Shown here: piece by piece, positions 1 to 13,807 of the stretch | Numbering within the stretch: the first letter of the stretch is position 1 | Layout of the letters: each line of letters begins with the position of its first letter | Assembly: GCF_009834535.1 (NCBI RefSeq) | Contig: NC_045696.1 | Span: 82,400,001-82,464,000, forward strand | Reading direction: 5' to 3' | Length of the DNA stretch: 64,000 nt | From: Camelus ferus | Taxonomy: Eukaryota | Program-made: the position numbers and the translations under genes | Notes under the pieces: model-generated | The model's input: the letters and a program-made list of their open reading frames with translations, nothing else | Databases searched by the model: none | Told to the model about the DNA's origin: nothing

Positions 1-1845
1 TATGGGTGAGCCTGAAAGTTAGGAGCACCAAGTAAAGTCAAATGTAGCCAAAGAACTCACAGAGCTTTCTTAAGCAGGGCTTTCACTGCTCAGTCCCATA
101 ACTGTGAAGGCAGTAGGGTGAGCAGCAGCTCGACGGAAAAAAAAGTATAAACATTTTATAAGAAAATAAACTGTGAGGCTTTTAAAATGTTAAAGGATGC
201 TTTCTGTTGGTTTTAATCTAAAATAGAATTTATCAAAAAGAAATGAAAATGATCAGTCTCCAGAGGGGTAAACTAAAGGGTAAATTTGAATATAACTACA
301 GTAAATATTCACTGGGATGATAATCCTAACTGTTAACATGACTACATTTCCTTTGTTACAAACATTTGGTTTAACTTAATCCTCAGAATATATTAATGCC
401 AAAAGGAATCTCATTGACAAGAGCTAATGCATTGGTTACTCTTAAAACTATCCCTTTTTAACTGTTGACTTACTGGTAGTGTTCGTCATGGGAAAGACTA
501 TTTTTATTGCCATTGTTATCAGTCTCAGTGAAGTTCAGAGATATTTGCTTGTAGTCACTGTAGCTTATTCCTTTGCTGGTTAGAATCCACATGTGTGAAC
601 AAGAGACGCAGAGGTTCGGGTGATGCTATATTTCTATCTGATGACAGCATGACTGTGATTGGATCCTTTGAAAAATGTTTGGCTGGGCTTCCAATCCAGA
701 TTCTTTTGACTAAAGCCAACAGGCAAAAAGAAGCAGAAACAAAAGGCACAGTGAACTCATTAAAAATGTTTTTTATATGATAAGCCTTGCAAGGCAGTGT
801 GAGTGAGGGCGATGTGGTGGGTAGGGGCTCTCCAACACTTCCCTCCAGCTTCTGGGATACTCTCACAACTCAGGTTGGCAAGCATCTCTCAACATCTCAG
901 AACCATTAAAGAAACAAAGCAGAAAGAATCACAAGGCTCCCTCAAATCTAGCATTTCAATGAAATAATATAACATGGTAGAAAGACCTTTGGGCAAAAAG
1001 AGATTCAGGAAAAGCAGGTTCAGCCAACAAATAGAAAAGTCATCTCGGTTAAGACATTTCCTTTCAGGGCCTTGGTTTTCTAATCTGTAAAAAGAGAGAG
1101 GTCTAGCATATCAAAGGTTTGCAAATAGTGCTTTTCTGGACCCTTCAGGAAAGGAGTAGATGGGGGACCCTACCAAGAATACTGTTTTAGGTATTGGAGT
1201 TTTCTCTACTGAAAGATTTCTACTATCAAAACATTTCACAAACTGCTAGATTAGATGTTTTTTAAGGTCTCTTTGAGAATTAATACTTTGAATTCACAGC
1301 AGTGGTTTCCAAATTTTTTTTGTCATGCATACTAATCAGTAAAAAGATTTTGCCATGTATTTCCAAAATAAATATTCAAAAATTACATATGTGTATTACT
1401 GTAAAATATATCCCTTATAACGCGTTTCCCCCCAAATGGAAATGTCAGAAGAGATAAAGATGAAACTTTTAAAGTCAATCATAAATTTGTGTTTTGACAA
1501 TTAACGCCTTTCATCATCAATAATGATACTTTTATTATTTTACATTATTAATATTAATGTTAAAGCTCTTCGTGAGAGTAAATATGCATACATCATTTCT
1601 GATTTGTTGGTCATTGTTTTTAACATTACTGCATGGTTCTTGCTAATTTTCTAATACAATAGTAGGGCTTCTGGTAGATCTTCAATATTAATAGTACTTT
1701 CTGTCAAAAATTAAATAAACAATCTACAGCTTTAGGATTTTCTGAATGATTCAAAGATCACAAAAAGTTGAAAGATAGTAAATTCAATGTTCTTAATTCC
1801 AGATAAAAAAAAATTCACTCTGGCTAGTTTATGCAGAAACATTTA

Positions 1846-2657
1846 ATTAAATCTATAGATTGGTTTGGGTAGTATGAACAATTTAACAATACTAATTCTT
1901 CCAATCCATGAACACGGGGTATCTTTCCATTTATTTGTATCATATTCAATTTCCTTCATCAATGTCTTATAGTTTTCAGAGTACAGGGCTTTCACTTCCT
2001 TGGCTAAATTTATTCCTAGGTATTTTATTCTTTTTGATTTGATTGTAAATGGGATTGTTTTCTTGATTTCTCTTTCTGATAGCTCATTATTGTGTATAGA
2101 AATGCAACAGATTTCTGAATATTAATCACAACGTAAGTGTCCATCAAAAGATGAATGGATAAAGAAGTTGTAGATATTACTCAGCCATAATAAAGAATGA
2201 AACTTTGCCATTTGCAACTACATGGATGGACCTAAAGAGTATTATGCTAACTGAAATAAGTCAGAGAGAAAGACAAATACCATATGTTTTCATTTATATG
2301 TGGAATCTAAAAAATAACAGAAAAATAATACAAATAATAATTATGAACAGATGAGCAAATATAATACAAATGAACAAATATAACAAAACAGAAAGAGGCT
2401 CACAGATACTGAGAACAAACTACTGGTTACCAGAGGGGAAGGGTGGAGGAGGGGCAAGATAGGGAAAGGGGGTTAAGAGGTGCAAACTACTAGGTAAAAA
2501 ATAAGTTACAAGGATGTAATGTACAGAACAGGGAATATAGTTAGTATTTTATAGTAACTGTATATAGAGTATATTCTATAAAAATATTGAATTACCAGGT
2601 TGGAGACCTGAAACTAATATAAGTCAATTATACTTCAATTAAAAAAAGAAAAGAAAA
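1846..2657 (+). mobile_element. L1 3' fragment with an inverted 5' arm
   Basis: 1846-2126 is antisense ORF2 (translates ...[15 protein letters not shown]...[11 protein letters not shown]...). 2129-2657 is the sense ORF2 end, 3' UTR and A tail. Confidence 0.9.
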
Positions 2658-3464
2658 GACAGTTTATAGATCTCTGGGAGGACCAGGGAAGCAGGCTTGG
2701 ATGTTTTACATAACAACTAGAAGAAATGCCCTCCCATAGCACAGTACTAACCTAGCAAAGCATATGGCGTCCCTACTATCTTCTCAACATGCTTGGGACT
2801 GGATGCCAGAAACTCCAGCACAGCTTCTCCAGGAGTTCTGGATGCCTCTGCCTCTGGGCTTGCCTGGAAATCCAATTGCCTCCTAGAGATCACTGCCTCG
2901 CATTGTTCACTCTGTCTCCTTGTCTCTGTATGTGTGTCCCTGTAAATGATCAGAGTGATATTAATTGCAGTTAACGGGGTGGGTCTAGCCATTGCTGTTC
3001 CCTAAGAACTCCTGGTAAGGAGAAGGGACATATTGGGTAAAATGGCTGGGGGTGAAGAAAGAGCTCTACCTTTCTAAGGAGGGGCCAGGGTCTAAATTAC
3101 TGAGTCCATGAAGGCAGAGCTTGGCTGATAGCCTAGACTGGAATGGGTCCTTGAATGGTCCTGAACTAGAGGGTAAACTGGGCACCAGGGCTTCCAAGCA
3201 GGAGCAGGGCTCAGCTTCTGGTGAGTAGCTTGGCTGCCATAGGTTAGATTGGCCTGTCAGTCAGTATGAGGGATGGCAGAGGCAAGGTCCAACCCCTCGA
3301 AAGGGGATTGGCAATAATGGGTTGAGAGGTCACTGTTCTCAGCCAACCAGGTGTGGTTCAGGCCTGGACTAGGACAGAAGGTCATTAAGACAGACTCAAG
3401 ACACAGGGTGAGAGCCAAATGCTCAAAACATGTCCAGAAGCCAAAATACACTTGAAGTACACTT

Positions 3465-3611
3465 AAAAATTTTTTTTTAAATTTACTTTTTGGGGGGAGG
3501 AAGTAATTAGGTTTACTGATTCATTTTTTTAGAGGGGGTAGTGGGGATTGAACCCAGGACCTTGTATATGCTAAGCATGTGCCCTACCACTTGAGCTATA
3601 CCCTCCCACCC
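3465..3611 (-). mobile_element. tRNA-Ala-derived camelid SINE (Vic-1 type) with TSD
   Basis: Reverse complement reads gggtatagctcaagtggtag...cttagcat...ggtcctgggttcaatcccc plus an A-rich tail. 12-bp TSD tgaagtacactt at 3453-3464 and 3612-3623. Confidence 0.92.
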
Positions 3612-3689
3612 TGAAGTACACTTTTGATCCTAGATGTGGAAGCAGCCACACCCCACTGGACACTTATTACTGGGGGAAAGGAATTCCCT

Positions 3690-4218
3690 TATAACAAACA
3701 GCTCAACTGCCGGAGGGCTTAGAACTGAATTATTTTTCACAGAGTGTGTGGGTTAGGAATTCAGACAGGACAGAGAGGGATGGCTTGTCTTTGCTTCACA
3801 ATATCTGGGACCTCAGCTGGTAAGAGCCAAATGGCTGGAGATGACCCAAACAACTGGGCATTAGAATCATCCGGGGACTTCTTCACTCACTTTCCTGACA
3901 ACTGGGCTGGGATAACTCAAAGGCTTGTCTCAGCTGGGACTGTTGGCCACAAACCAACATTGTTCTCACAGTGTGGTTACTGGGTTCTGTGGTAGAGCAC
4001 ACAGTTGGGAGGATTCGGAGAGTAAATGTTCCAAGACACGTAGGCAGATGCTGCATGGGCTGTTATGGCACAGCCTTGGAACTCACATAACATCACTTCT
4101 GCTCTCCTCTATTGGATGAAGCAGTCATAGGCCTGCCTAGATTCATGGAAAGGAGACATAGACACCATCCCTTGTTGGGGAGAGTGTCAAAAAATTTGAG
4201 ACCATATTTTAAAATTTC
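3690..4218 (-). mobile_element. ERVL-MaLR solo LTR (MLT1 family)
   Basis: MLT1-like motifs: taacaaac..., ggacctcagctgg, catcacttctgc...tattgg...gcctagattca. Confidence 0.8.
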
Positions 4219-4559
4219 CTCTAAAAGAAATGAGAGAAAAGGAAAACCTGAGAAGCACATCAACTCACATTAATATGGATCAATGCTTGAATAGCCCAGT
4301 TTAGTTTATTTAAATAAAAATTGTTGAAGATTTGTAATATAACAAGTACTATGCTAACTACTGGGGATAGAAATCTGCCCCAGTAAGCCCATTAAGGGGT
4401 TTACAATCCACTGGAGAAGACAGATGAACGTATGTTATTGTAACTGAAGGTAAAGTGAGGAAAATGAATCAAGACAGATGGTATGCGAGCTGCAGTAGCT
4501 TAGAGGAATGAGTAATTAATATAGTAGAGAAGCTGTGCTTTCCAGTGAGAATCAGATCA

Positions 4560-4840
4560 GATTAGAAATTAATCAGACCTGAATTTGAATCCTACCATTA
4601 CCCTTTCTTAGATTGAACCATGTGAAAATGCTTTTTTTTTGGTGGGTAAAAAAGAGCTGAGTATCAGCAATTTCATATGGTTCAGCTTAATACTAGCTAG
4701 GTCACCTTGAACAAGTCACTTAAATTTTAGGAACATCAGTTTCTTCACCTGTACAATGAGGTTAAAATGTCCTAGGGTTATTTAGAAAAATAAGGTAACA
4801 TATGCAAAGACTCAGTGTAGTGCTTAACACAAAGTAATCA
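4560..4840 (+). mobile_element. MIR SINE (interrupted)
   Basis: ccttgaacaagtcacttaa...catcagtttcttcacctgtacaatg core. Confidence 0.75.
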
Positions 4841-5439
4841 ATTAAGAAATGTTTGTTACTGTTTTGTAATTATTAATACTATCATTATGAAAAGCTTTAG
4901 AGAGAAGGCTGAATCTGAGATGACATTCGAAGGCTGAACATGATTTTGATGGCCAAATAAAAGAATTGGTATGAGAGATTTTAGACTGATCAAAAACATG
5001 TGAAAAGGCTGCCTTGGGGATTCTACTTATAAGTGATGTTTGGTTCTGCATTTGTTTTGGGACCTAGAAATTTCTTTTGAATAGAAAAATTCAAGAAAAA
5101 ATATTGAAATTGAAATTCACTAACAGCAAACCACCACAAGTATTTTCAAGTCTAGACATCCTAGTATTTTTATGGACTAAATAATCTGCAATCCCTCCCT
5201 TCCTAAATCACCGAAGTATTTGGCTTAATAACTAATAAATGTTCTTGAAAGAAAGAAAGGGAAATCCTTGAGGCTAAACATAAGAGTGAATAAAAATCCT
5301 GGCAGTCTGTAGTTGGGGAATGGGGAGCTAATAGCTTTAAGAACTCAGGGTTTAAGTTTCAAAACCTTCATGGAATCAGGACAAAGTTCTGTCCAATATG
5401 AGTTGAAGAGTTAGAACTGATACCCTTGCATGAAGCTGG

Positions 5440-6330
5440 ATCTCACAGGGTAATATCACCAGTGAAAGGCTGGTTTAGAAAATCATCAGCTCACCAGACA
5501 AAGACATAACAAGGAAGGTTCTGTATCATCTGGCCTCTGGGATAAAAAGAAAAAAGTCTCCCCTGACAATTTTTCCCAACGGGCCCACTATCACTTATGT
5601 CTGTGGTTCTAATTACACTTTCTACATGTTTTGGAAAACCCCAGGCTGGTAAATAAATTTAAAACGGATGATATCCCTGGGATATTCGATAATCAAATAT
5701 GAAAATACTCTGGAAGGGTAAGACATCAAGTAATTTTAAACATGATTCCCACAGATGGAATCTTGCTGAAGGTGAACTAAGAATCTAAAATTCTAAAATA
5801 TAGGAAAACAGTTTATCTAAGCAATGGTTAGTAGATACAACAAACAGCAGGATTAGGTCTCTGGAAACTTCAGATAATAGAACTGTCAGATAAAAGAAAT
5901 ATACTTAAAGTGTTTAAAAACTTAATCTTGAGATCGAAAATGAGAAGACAACAAGGCAGTATGAAAAGACAATGGGCATATTTTTTGAGAGAACCAATAT
6001 AAATTATATAAATTTTAAAAATAATTGAGATGGAAAAAATTAATGAAAGGTTAAATAGCTGATTAGACACAGATAAAGAGAGAATTAAAGAACTTGAATA
6101 TAGATTTGAGGAAATTATTCAGAAATAAGCAGAGAGATAAAGAGAATTTATGAGAGATAGGCAAAGAAATATGGAAGATAGTACAAAAATATCTAGTCAG
6201 AAAGCAAGAAAGAACAACCTAGAGGTTGAAGGAGAGGCAGTATTAAAAAAAATAATTGCTAAGCATTTCTAAAATTGTTAAAAAAAATCCTTACATTTAG
6301 AAAGGGCTGCTAGTTCTTAGCCAGATGTGT
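5440..6330 (+). mobile_element. Old L1M/HAL1 ORF1-region fragment
   Basis: A-rich decayed ORF1-like text (aaatagctgattagacacagataaagagagaatt...gaacttgaatatagatttgaggaaattattcagaa). Boundaries approximate. Confidence 0.7.
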
Positions 6331-7769
6331 TTAACACTGGAGGACAAGAAAGTATGAATACAAATACTCTCAAGGAATTTACAATCAAAAAGAGATCATA
6401 GAGGTACAGAGAAAACAAACATGTTGGGAAAAGATGCCATGGGAAGTTGGTCATGGGAAGAGATTTCTTCCAGTTTGCAGAGCCATAGCAACAGTTTACT
6501 GGAGAAGGTGATGTTTGCCTTGGATCTCAAAAGATAGGTAAACTGAACATGTGAAGAGGAAGTGTAATCCCTCCTACACCATTGCCTGCCTAATCTTCCT
6601 AAGGCATAGTTTTGATAATCTCACCCCTTTAATCAGAATCTTCAAGATCTTCAGTTATTTTCAAGACAAAGCCCCTAACTTTTGTCTTTCATTAAAAGCC
6701 CTGCATGGCATATGCCCAACCTATCTTTCCAAACCTATAAAATCTTTTCTTGAATCCCATAACTCAGGCAGAATAAGATTCTTAATACTTCAGGTGCATA
6801 CCCCATGCTTTCCCATCTCTCTTGTTGTTTCCCCTATCTATAATATCTTTGAATGAAAAGCAAAAAATTTGGGCTTTATCTTGAAAATAACAAAGGGATC
6901 TTGAAGATTCTGAGTAGGAGAATGATATTTTCAGAACTGTGCTTTAGGAAGATTAGTGAAGCAGAGTATGTAGGATGGATTAGGAAAGGAGGTTCCTGGA
7001 TCTAAAGAGCCCACACTTTATGACTACATTATGTGCCCCCAGTGGGCACAAAAGGCACCAGATTGCCCATTTAGTCTAATGAAGAAACCAAAATTATTGT
7101 TGAGTCTGTAGGAATTTTGGACATTAAAGTTGTGAAAATATACAACATAGCATTAACACATCAGAAACAGATGGCATCAAAATAGTATTCACCATCTTGG
7201 CTTCTCTGCATTGTTGCTTTCATGGCAGTCAGAAGTAGAGCTGTCTCCCAGAGTCCTTAACAGTGCCAAATGTCCTGGTGTGTTCAATGTATCCAATTTC
7301 AGAATTCCAGTTCAATGCCAACTAGCTAGGTGAAACCCTACGTATGAGATGGATAGTAATATTTTTACCCATAGACTATTACTTCTAAATGGGGATAAGC
7401 CCAGACCAATTTTAGAATTATTCTTCAGTTTCTCTCTGCAGCAGAAAATTCTTCCCCAGTTTTGATAACTATTTTTCAAGAGTGTTTATAGAGTTGATTT
7501 AGAAGTTTTTCTATTAAAACCCAGTACAAGAACATTGCATTTTTTTGAAAAATTTGAATTCCAAATTGTATCATATGTCAGACTTCTAGTACATCTACAT
7601 GGGCCCTCAAAGTAGATAGTTCAACAGATCAGTTCCTACAGTTTCTTCTGTGTACAGCTGATTTTCTATATAGAAATTGTTTTTTTTTCCCCAGCTTTAG
7701 AACTGTGATATGCTTCCTTTCTTAACCTTTGAAAATGGACTACTTATAAAACATTTGCTAAGGGACATG

Positions 7770-7957
7770 CATCATCATTTAAAAAAATAGAGCTCTACCT
7801 CCATAGGTATGTTTCTGGGAAAAGTGAGTATAAATCAAATTTTTTGTAAGTCAAATCATATTTTAAATGTCCCATGGGAACTCATTATTTAATAAAATAG
7901 CATGGAGCAAATAATCACAGTGTGATGTGGCTTTTCATAAAGCAGGGCACACCTGTA
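7770..7957. mobile_element. Possible TcMar-Tigger MITE remnant
   Basis: Ends in ...aaagcagggcacacctgta, a Tigger-like terminus with TA; the interior is degenerate. Confidence 0.4.
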
Positions 7958-9019
7958 TCACACTGTCATGGCTATGGGAGTTCACTCTATAGCTGAGTTT
8001 GAGGGTAGCCAGGACTGCCTTGGACCCAAGTCAAGGGAATTAAGTTACTGAGTACCAAGGATCTTGTTACAAGGCAGTCTCCTTTATAAACTGTCTCAGC
8101 ATGGGTCCTATAGTTTGTGCTTTAAAAAGATATGGAAAATCTGCTCTGTCTATAAGTTTAAAAGTACATTAAGTAAATTAATGTGCTTTGATGATGTCTA
8201 TATTTTTTCATGTCAACCATAATCATGTGTTTGAGTAAAGAACTTTAAAGTACTGCGTGTGTAAATTTCACGGATCTTTTATTTCCTGGCAGGGATCTAG
8301 ACTCAATCAATAGTTTCATGCATTGAAAGTAAGGGTAACCACTAGATTTAAAATAAAAATTTTAAAACAGTTAACAAAAGATCAAGTAAACAGAAATATT
8401 TTTTAAAAGAAGAAGCACTTTCTGATCCCATTAAAAACCACTCTATTTGAATTGTCTGTATGGCTTCCATCTCGCAGGGAGAGAATACAGTAACATAAGA
8501 CAGATTAGACATCTTCAAATAAGGGGTTTGTATGTATTGTCCAGGAAGACAATCAGATGGCCAGGAGAGGAGCAGTGTTTCTGTCAGTGAGCCCTCGTGA
8601 TGTGGTCCAGGTCCTGTTGCCTTAGGCTGTCTGGGAGATGGTCAGGATTCTGTTTGTATGGCATGAGCTGGGTATAACCCTGATTCATATTGAGACCACA
8701 CATAAGTACACAAGAATCCCTTAGAAATGTATAACTAAACATCCAACCACACACACATTGGGGGGAATTCAAACTGCAATGTTAAGATCTAGTTGCACCA
8801 GCCAGTTTTATAGACAACAAAGGACTTGAACTTCAGCTATTTGAGGGGACAGTCTGCTGACCAAAGGAAACAAAAAAATCTCATTACAGGTGGGTGGGAA
8901 GGGCAGTGTCCAAGACCCCTGACTAACACATGCACACACACATGATACAAGCCTTATCATTATGCCAAATTACAGAATGTTAGAGCTTGGAGCTCGAAAT
9001 AGCTCCATTTGTTAAATTT

Positions 9020-9245
9020 CTAGTATGTAGTAGACACTAAATATTAAGCACTTTGTATACATTACCTTTAAGCTTTGCAGTAATTTTGCAAGATATACAT
9101 AATTATTCCAATCAGACAGAGGAGAAAATGGGAACCCAGAGACATTCAGTAATTTGCTTAAGGTTACAGAGCTGATAAAAGGTAGAACTGGGATTTGAAT
9201 TTCCAAAGGTTTGACTCTCAAGGTGTTTGAACTCTATCTTGCTCT
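9020..9245 (-). mobile_element. MIR SINE
   Basis: cagagacattcagtaatttgcttaaggttacagagct...ctgggatttgaa. Confidence 0.75.
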
Positions 9246-10249
9246 CCCAGAGTTTATCTAATTTACTAATGGCTGTGAAATCTGAATATGCTATCTTTTC
9301 CAAACACTGGCAGCTATGACTTCCAAAAGAGTTCTAGGATCTTTGGTGGTGTTTGTCTTTTTTGCAGACCCTGAAAAGGGCTTACAATTTTATTTTATAA
9401 AATTATAAAATAAAGCTATAAAATTATTAAAAAAAAGCTATAAAATAGCTTTTAACTCCTGAAGGTCTCAACCATCAGCTATTGACTGCTTAGAATTCTG
9501 ACAATTTCCAGGCTTCAGGACCAACTCTCTGAGTCACAAAATGAGAATATGCAGATATCACACAATCCCCTGAATTCTTTCTACCCCAGATTAAGAACTC
9601 TTTCTCTAGAGAATTTATAGAAGAGAAGACTAGGACTCAAAGGTTTATATAAAGAGCTTTAAATTTGGCTCTGTTCTTGGTTCAGGATATCAGGTGCGTG
9701 AGTTCAAGAAGCTTCCAGAGAGAGACCGCAATGTACTAAGTGCCTAGTGATGTAATGCATTGTGCTAGCCTATGGGAGGGGGGTTGAGAGGTGAGAAAAA
9801 GGGGTAACAGTTGCTTCCGCTTTACAGTCCAAAAACCATTTTTTATGCACTAATCCCATGGGGGAAGAAATGACTCTATGCTGCAGTGAGAAAACAAAGC
9901 TTAGAGAAGATAGGCATGGTCTCCTTCAAGAGGCCTACAGCTGAGAGGAAGAGGAAGACCTGTAAACGAAGAACTCTAATCTAAAAAGGGAGAATTACAT
10001 GTCATAGACTTGACAGCAAAATATAGGGGGTGAAGAGAAGTGGAGGGGTGTGTCAATCAGATCCGGATACAGGAAGGCCTCACTGGTGCAGATGGGGGCC
10101 AGAGGAGCTGTAGCTTTTAACGGGATAGGTTCAACCACTACATCCTCCCCCGTGACTAAGGCAGAAAGCAGGATTTGAAATAGATTCAATCATGGAAGTG
10201 CCATGATCCAAGACAGGAGAAAGAAAACCTGGCCAGGCACATTCTAGAG

Positions 10250-10530
10250 CAGAGCGTCTCCAGCTTCAGTGTTCAAGCAAATCACCTCTTAAAATACTGA
10301 TTTTGATTTAGTAAATCTAGGTTGGGACCTGAGGGTCTGAATTTCTAATAAAGTCCAGGTAATGCTTGATGTTGCTGGTTCTCAGGGCACACTTGGAGGA
10401 CCATCCGCTTCACCTGTGAATGTGTTAGGACTGCAGACTGACTGGGTCTCACTCCAGACGTACTGAATCAGAATCCGCTTTTCATCAAGATTCCCAGAGG
10501 GCTCACATGCACATTTACCTTTGAGAATCA
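10250..10530. mobile_element. Adjacent MER5A-like and MER5B-like hAT-Charlie MITEs
   Basis: tgatttagtaaatctaggttgggacctgag... followed by ctccagacgtactgaatcagaatccgc...tttgagaatcact. Confidence 0.75.
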
Positions 10531-10749
10531 CTTTTCTGGATTATTCTTGTTCAGTAGAAGGGACCTAAGAAGGTACAAACTTCTCCGAGCATCGCACACC
10601 AGCACTCTGGTTTCTCTAGGGAGCTCCTGTTCCCACGGGCAGAGATTTGTGCCCCGTGAAGCTGCTCTTCCTGATTCTAAACCAGTAGCAACTCCAGGAG
10701 TTGATTGCCTCATAATCCTCCTTGTTGGGTTTCTTTCCACCCCAACTCA

Positions 10750-12130
10750 TGCTTCCCCGGGGCGCTCCAGCTGTTTCCCACCCCTACGCCCTGGCGGCTA
10801 CTGTGCACAGCTGGAGTCCTACGCAGCGGGCGCACCGGGAGCTGCCGCAGCCGGGGAAGCCAGGCGGGGGCGCCGCAGACTAAGGATGGGCGGGACAAGG
10901 CCGTTCCCAGCCCGGAGAGGGCGGCGGGAGCGACCAGCGGGGGAGCGCGAGCTCCGCATCTGGTGCCAACCAGCGCGGCCCTGGAGCGGTCCCACATTCC
11001 CACACCACGGGAGCGGCGGCTCGCTACCTGGGAGGCGGCGCGCATCACCCCAACCTGTGTTTCATAAACCCATCGGGAAATAGTTCCCAGCCTCGAGGGC
11101 CAGTAATCAGCGAAACCTTCTCTTGAAAGAACTGTTGGTTATAACCCCTAAGCTGGGCGAGGGCCTCGAGGGCCTAGATATTAAGTCGACTATTTAATAT
11201 CATTATCATTATTATTGAAAGTCAGCCACTTCTCTCGTCCCCCTCTTCCCTTGTATACACTTCTGAAGTTGGTGAGGGGGTGCTGAACCAGAGGGTAGGA
11301 GTAGGATTGTAAAATCTAACGATTTGCTAAGAAATCCGGGACCGAAAACGTAATTTATAAATCGGCGAGTTTTACAAGTTAGAGAACGTAACTGGGCAGA
11401 AAATGCGTGGCCGCCGAAGCCCCGCAGCGCGTGCTCGCCCGAGCCGGCTGGCCCCGAGAGCGTCTCTTGCCCGCCACGCCGCTGGGGCAGCGAGACGATT
11501 TCGCAGGAAGAGGAGGCTGCCTTGATGCTTGACCCGGCGTCCGCGCGCCGCGGAAAGGGGCACCCCGCCGCCCCGCGCCCCCTACGGCCGGCGGGGCTCC
11601 TTCCCCGGCAGGTCGTGGAAGCAGAGCTAGCCCCGCGCCTCGCCCGCCCGGCGCAATCCCGCGCTCTCTCTCCTCCCCGGCGCTTGAAGCGCGCATGTCA
11701 CCGAGAGGTTCCCTCTCAGCGCAAAGCGCAGCGGACTGTTTCAAGTTAACACCTTCCCGCAGCCACTGCCACGGGGATGTGCGCGTTTCCCTCTGCGTGG
11801 ATGTATGAGTGTGTGTTTTTCTTAGAATATCAGATTAACCGGACAGTCTTCACATTTTTTAAAGCCTACACGCTCTGTCTACAGGCTTGTCGGATTCGTT
11901 CAAACTTTTGTGTGTGTGTATGTCTGTGCGTGCGCGCGCGCGTCGCCACCCTCCTCTCTCCTCCCCACCCCCGCCCTTGCAGGGCGAAGTAGTCCTATAT
12001 AGCGATGATAAATATCCCTGTTGATCACTTGATTGATTACCTCCCTGAAAGGTCACGCGGGCTCTCCGTAATTTCCTTTTGCCTAAGGCTCCCTTTTCAC
12101 TTTTACTCCGGCACGACAGCTCCGAGTACA
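10750..12130. promoter_or_regulatory. Upstream CpG island, ~5 kb before exon 1 (two GC-rich lobes)
   Basis: Dense CpG at 10750-11170 and 11340-12130, separated by a short AT-richer spacer. Confidence 0.85.
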
Positions 12131-13249
12131 CGGAATCTTTATTTTTTATTTTAACCCCTAAATGCAACCCCTCCCGAAAACAATGCACACAAGAAAAATC
12201 GAATAAAATCAACTTGAGACCTTTTAGCCCACTTGCAGCTGCCCTCCCCATCTCGCTCCTTTCTTTTTTCTGGTTCCCTCCCCCTCCTACTCCGGTCCCC
12301 TTTCCCCAACTCAGATGTATTCTGGACAGTGTTTAATAGATGAGTGTCTTGCAAGTAAACTCAGGCGTCCCTTGGGTCTGCATTTCATGTCTGTGACTCT
12401 CTCTCTTTCCCTCCCGTGGACTAAAAATTCGGATTTAAACCACTAGACAAGCTATTAATTTAGCTAGACTACCCAGGGTCCTGAACCCAATTAATTTCTA
12501 ATAATTATAGCCCAAGGGGGCTAGATAGATCTCCCTGCCTCTTTCTTTTATTGCCACTCCACGCCACCGAGGTCAGCGTATAATAATAAAGTGTATATTT
12601 TGAAAGCGATCTCTAGAACAGTGAGTTATTGCAATGAATGAAAATTGTTTCCATTTTGGCTAATTGAGCCGGTGGCCGAAAGCTAGAGCTCTGAGACTAA
12701 ATAAAGAGGACTGTTTCATTTCAACATGAAGAAACCCCTGCCTAGCTCTGGTCACCCAGCGAGAGTTTAATTTCTTAACAGCCAACCTGAAACCCAGCGT
12801 TGGGTAAACAGTATTAATAATTGCATTACAATGATTAAATTAATCTTGCTGGTAGCCAGGAGAATATAGGTTGCGATTGAATAGCAAGATGTAAAAGTTC
12901 ACTGCACAAAGACAATAGGCCAAGCAATACCTCCTTAAAGAATTCAAACTTTCTTCCAAAGATACTGTGAGGCTGGTTCAATTATAATGCGAGGAAAGGA
13001 AAATTTCCTGTGTATGCTATGTATTGAAAATCGGTTCCTTGCCGTTTCTGGCATTAATTAAAAAATAGTTGGAGAAGGGGTATGCTTGTCCTGTCCTCCT
13101 TGTCAATGACCCATCTTTCTTCCAACTCCCATCTCGAGCTCTCTGCTTTTGCTTAAAAAAAAAAAAGAAAAGGAAAAACCCGAAAAAAAAAAAAAAAAGA
13201 GAGAGACTGTAATAAAACGAGCAAATCCAAACAGCCCATAAACTCATCG

Positions 13250-13722
13250 ACTTTCCAAGGAGGCACTGCTTCCAGGATGCCCGCCTCTGTGGGAGGAAAC
13301 GCAAGAAAACGTTGGGACCCATGCTACTGCCCCTCAAAGAAACGAATTTCAGGAGAAGACCGAAAGGCGGGCAGTGCGGGGGCGGGTAGCGAGGGCAGCT
13401 CAGCCAACTTGTTGGAGGCCTCTTTCCTCTTGGGCCAGCGACAGCTTAGACGGGACGTCACAGGGTGTCGGGAACCCCGGGGGCCGCTGAACATAAAGTC
13501 ACCTGCTTGGGTCCCACGGCTGAGACTTGGGACAGGTGGAACTGACGGGGTCCAGGCACTTGGGAGTGGGGACCCGCGGGATTGGCGTTCAGGGGCCGCT
13601 GCACTGCAGGCGGTGAGCACGGTCCGCTGCTGCTGGGCGTTTGCTCCATTAGGTTAAACACACTTGAACTAGCAAGTTAGCTCTTTTATTAACACTCACT
13701 TAGGGCAAAAAGCAAGTGATTA

Positions 13723-13807
<85 letters not shown>

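Noticed and set aside
10547..11749. ORFs of 75-178 aa across the upstream island
   Set aside because: Low-complexity R/G/A/P content on both strands, mostly non-ATG starts, no family resemblance.
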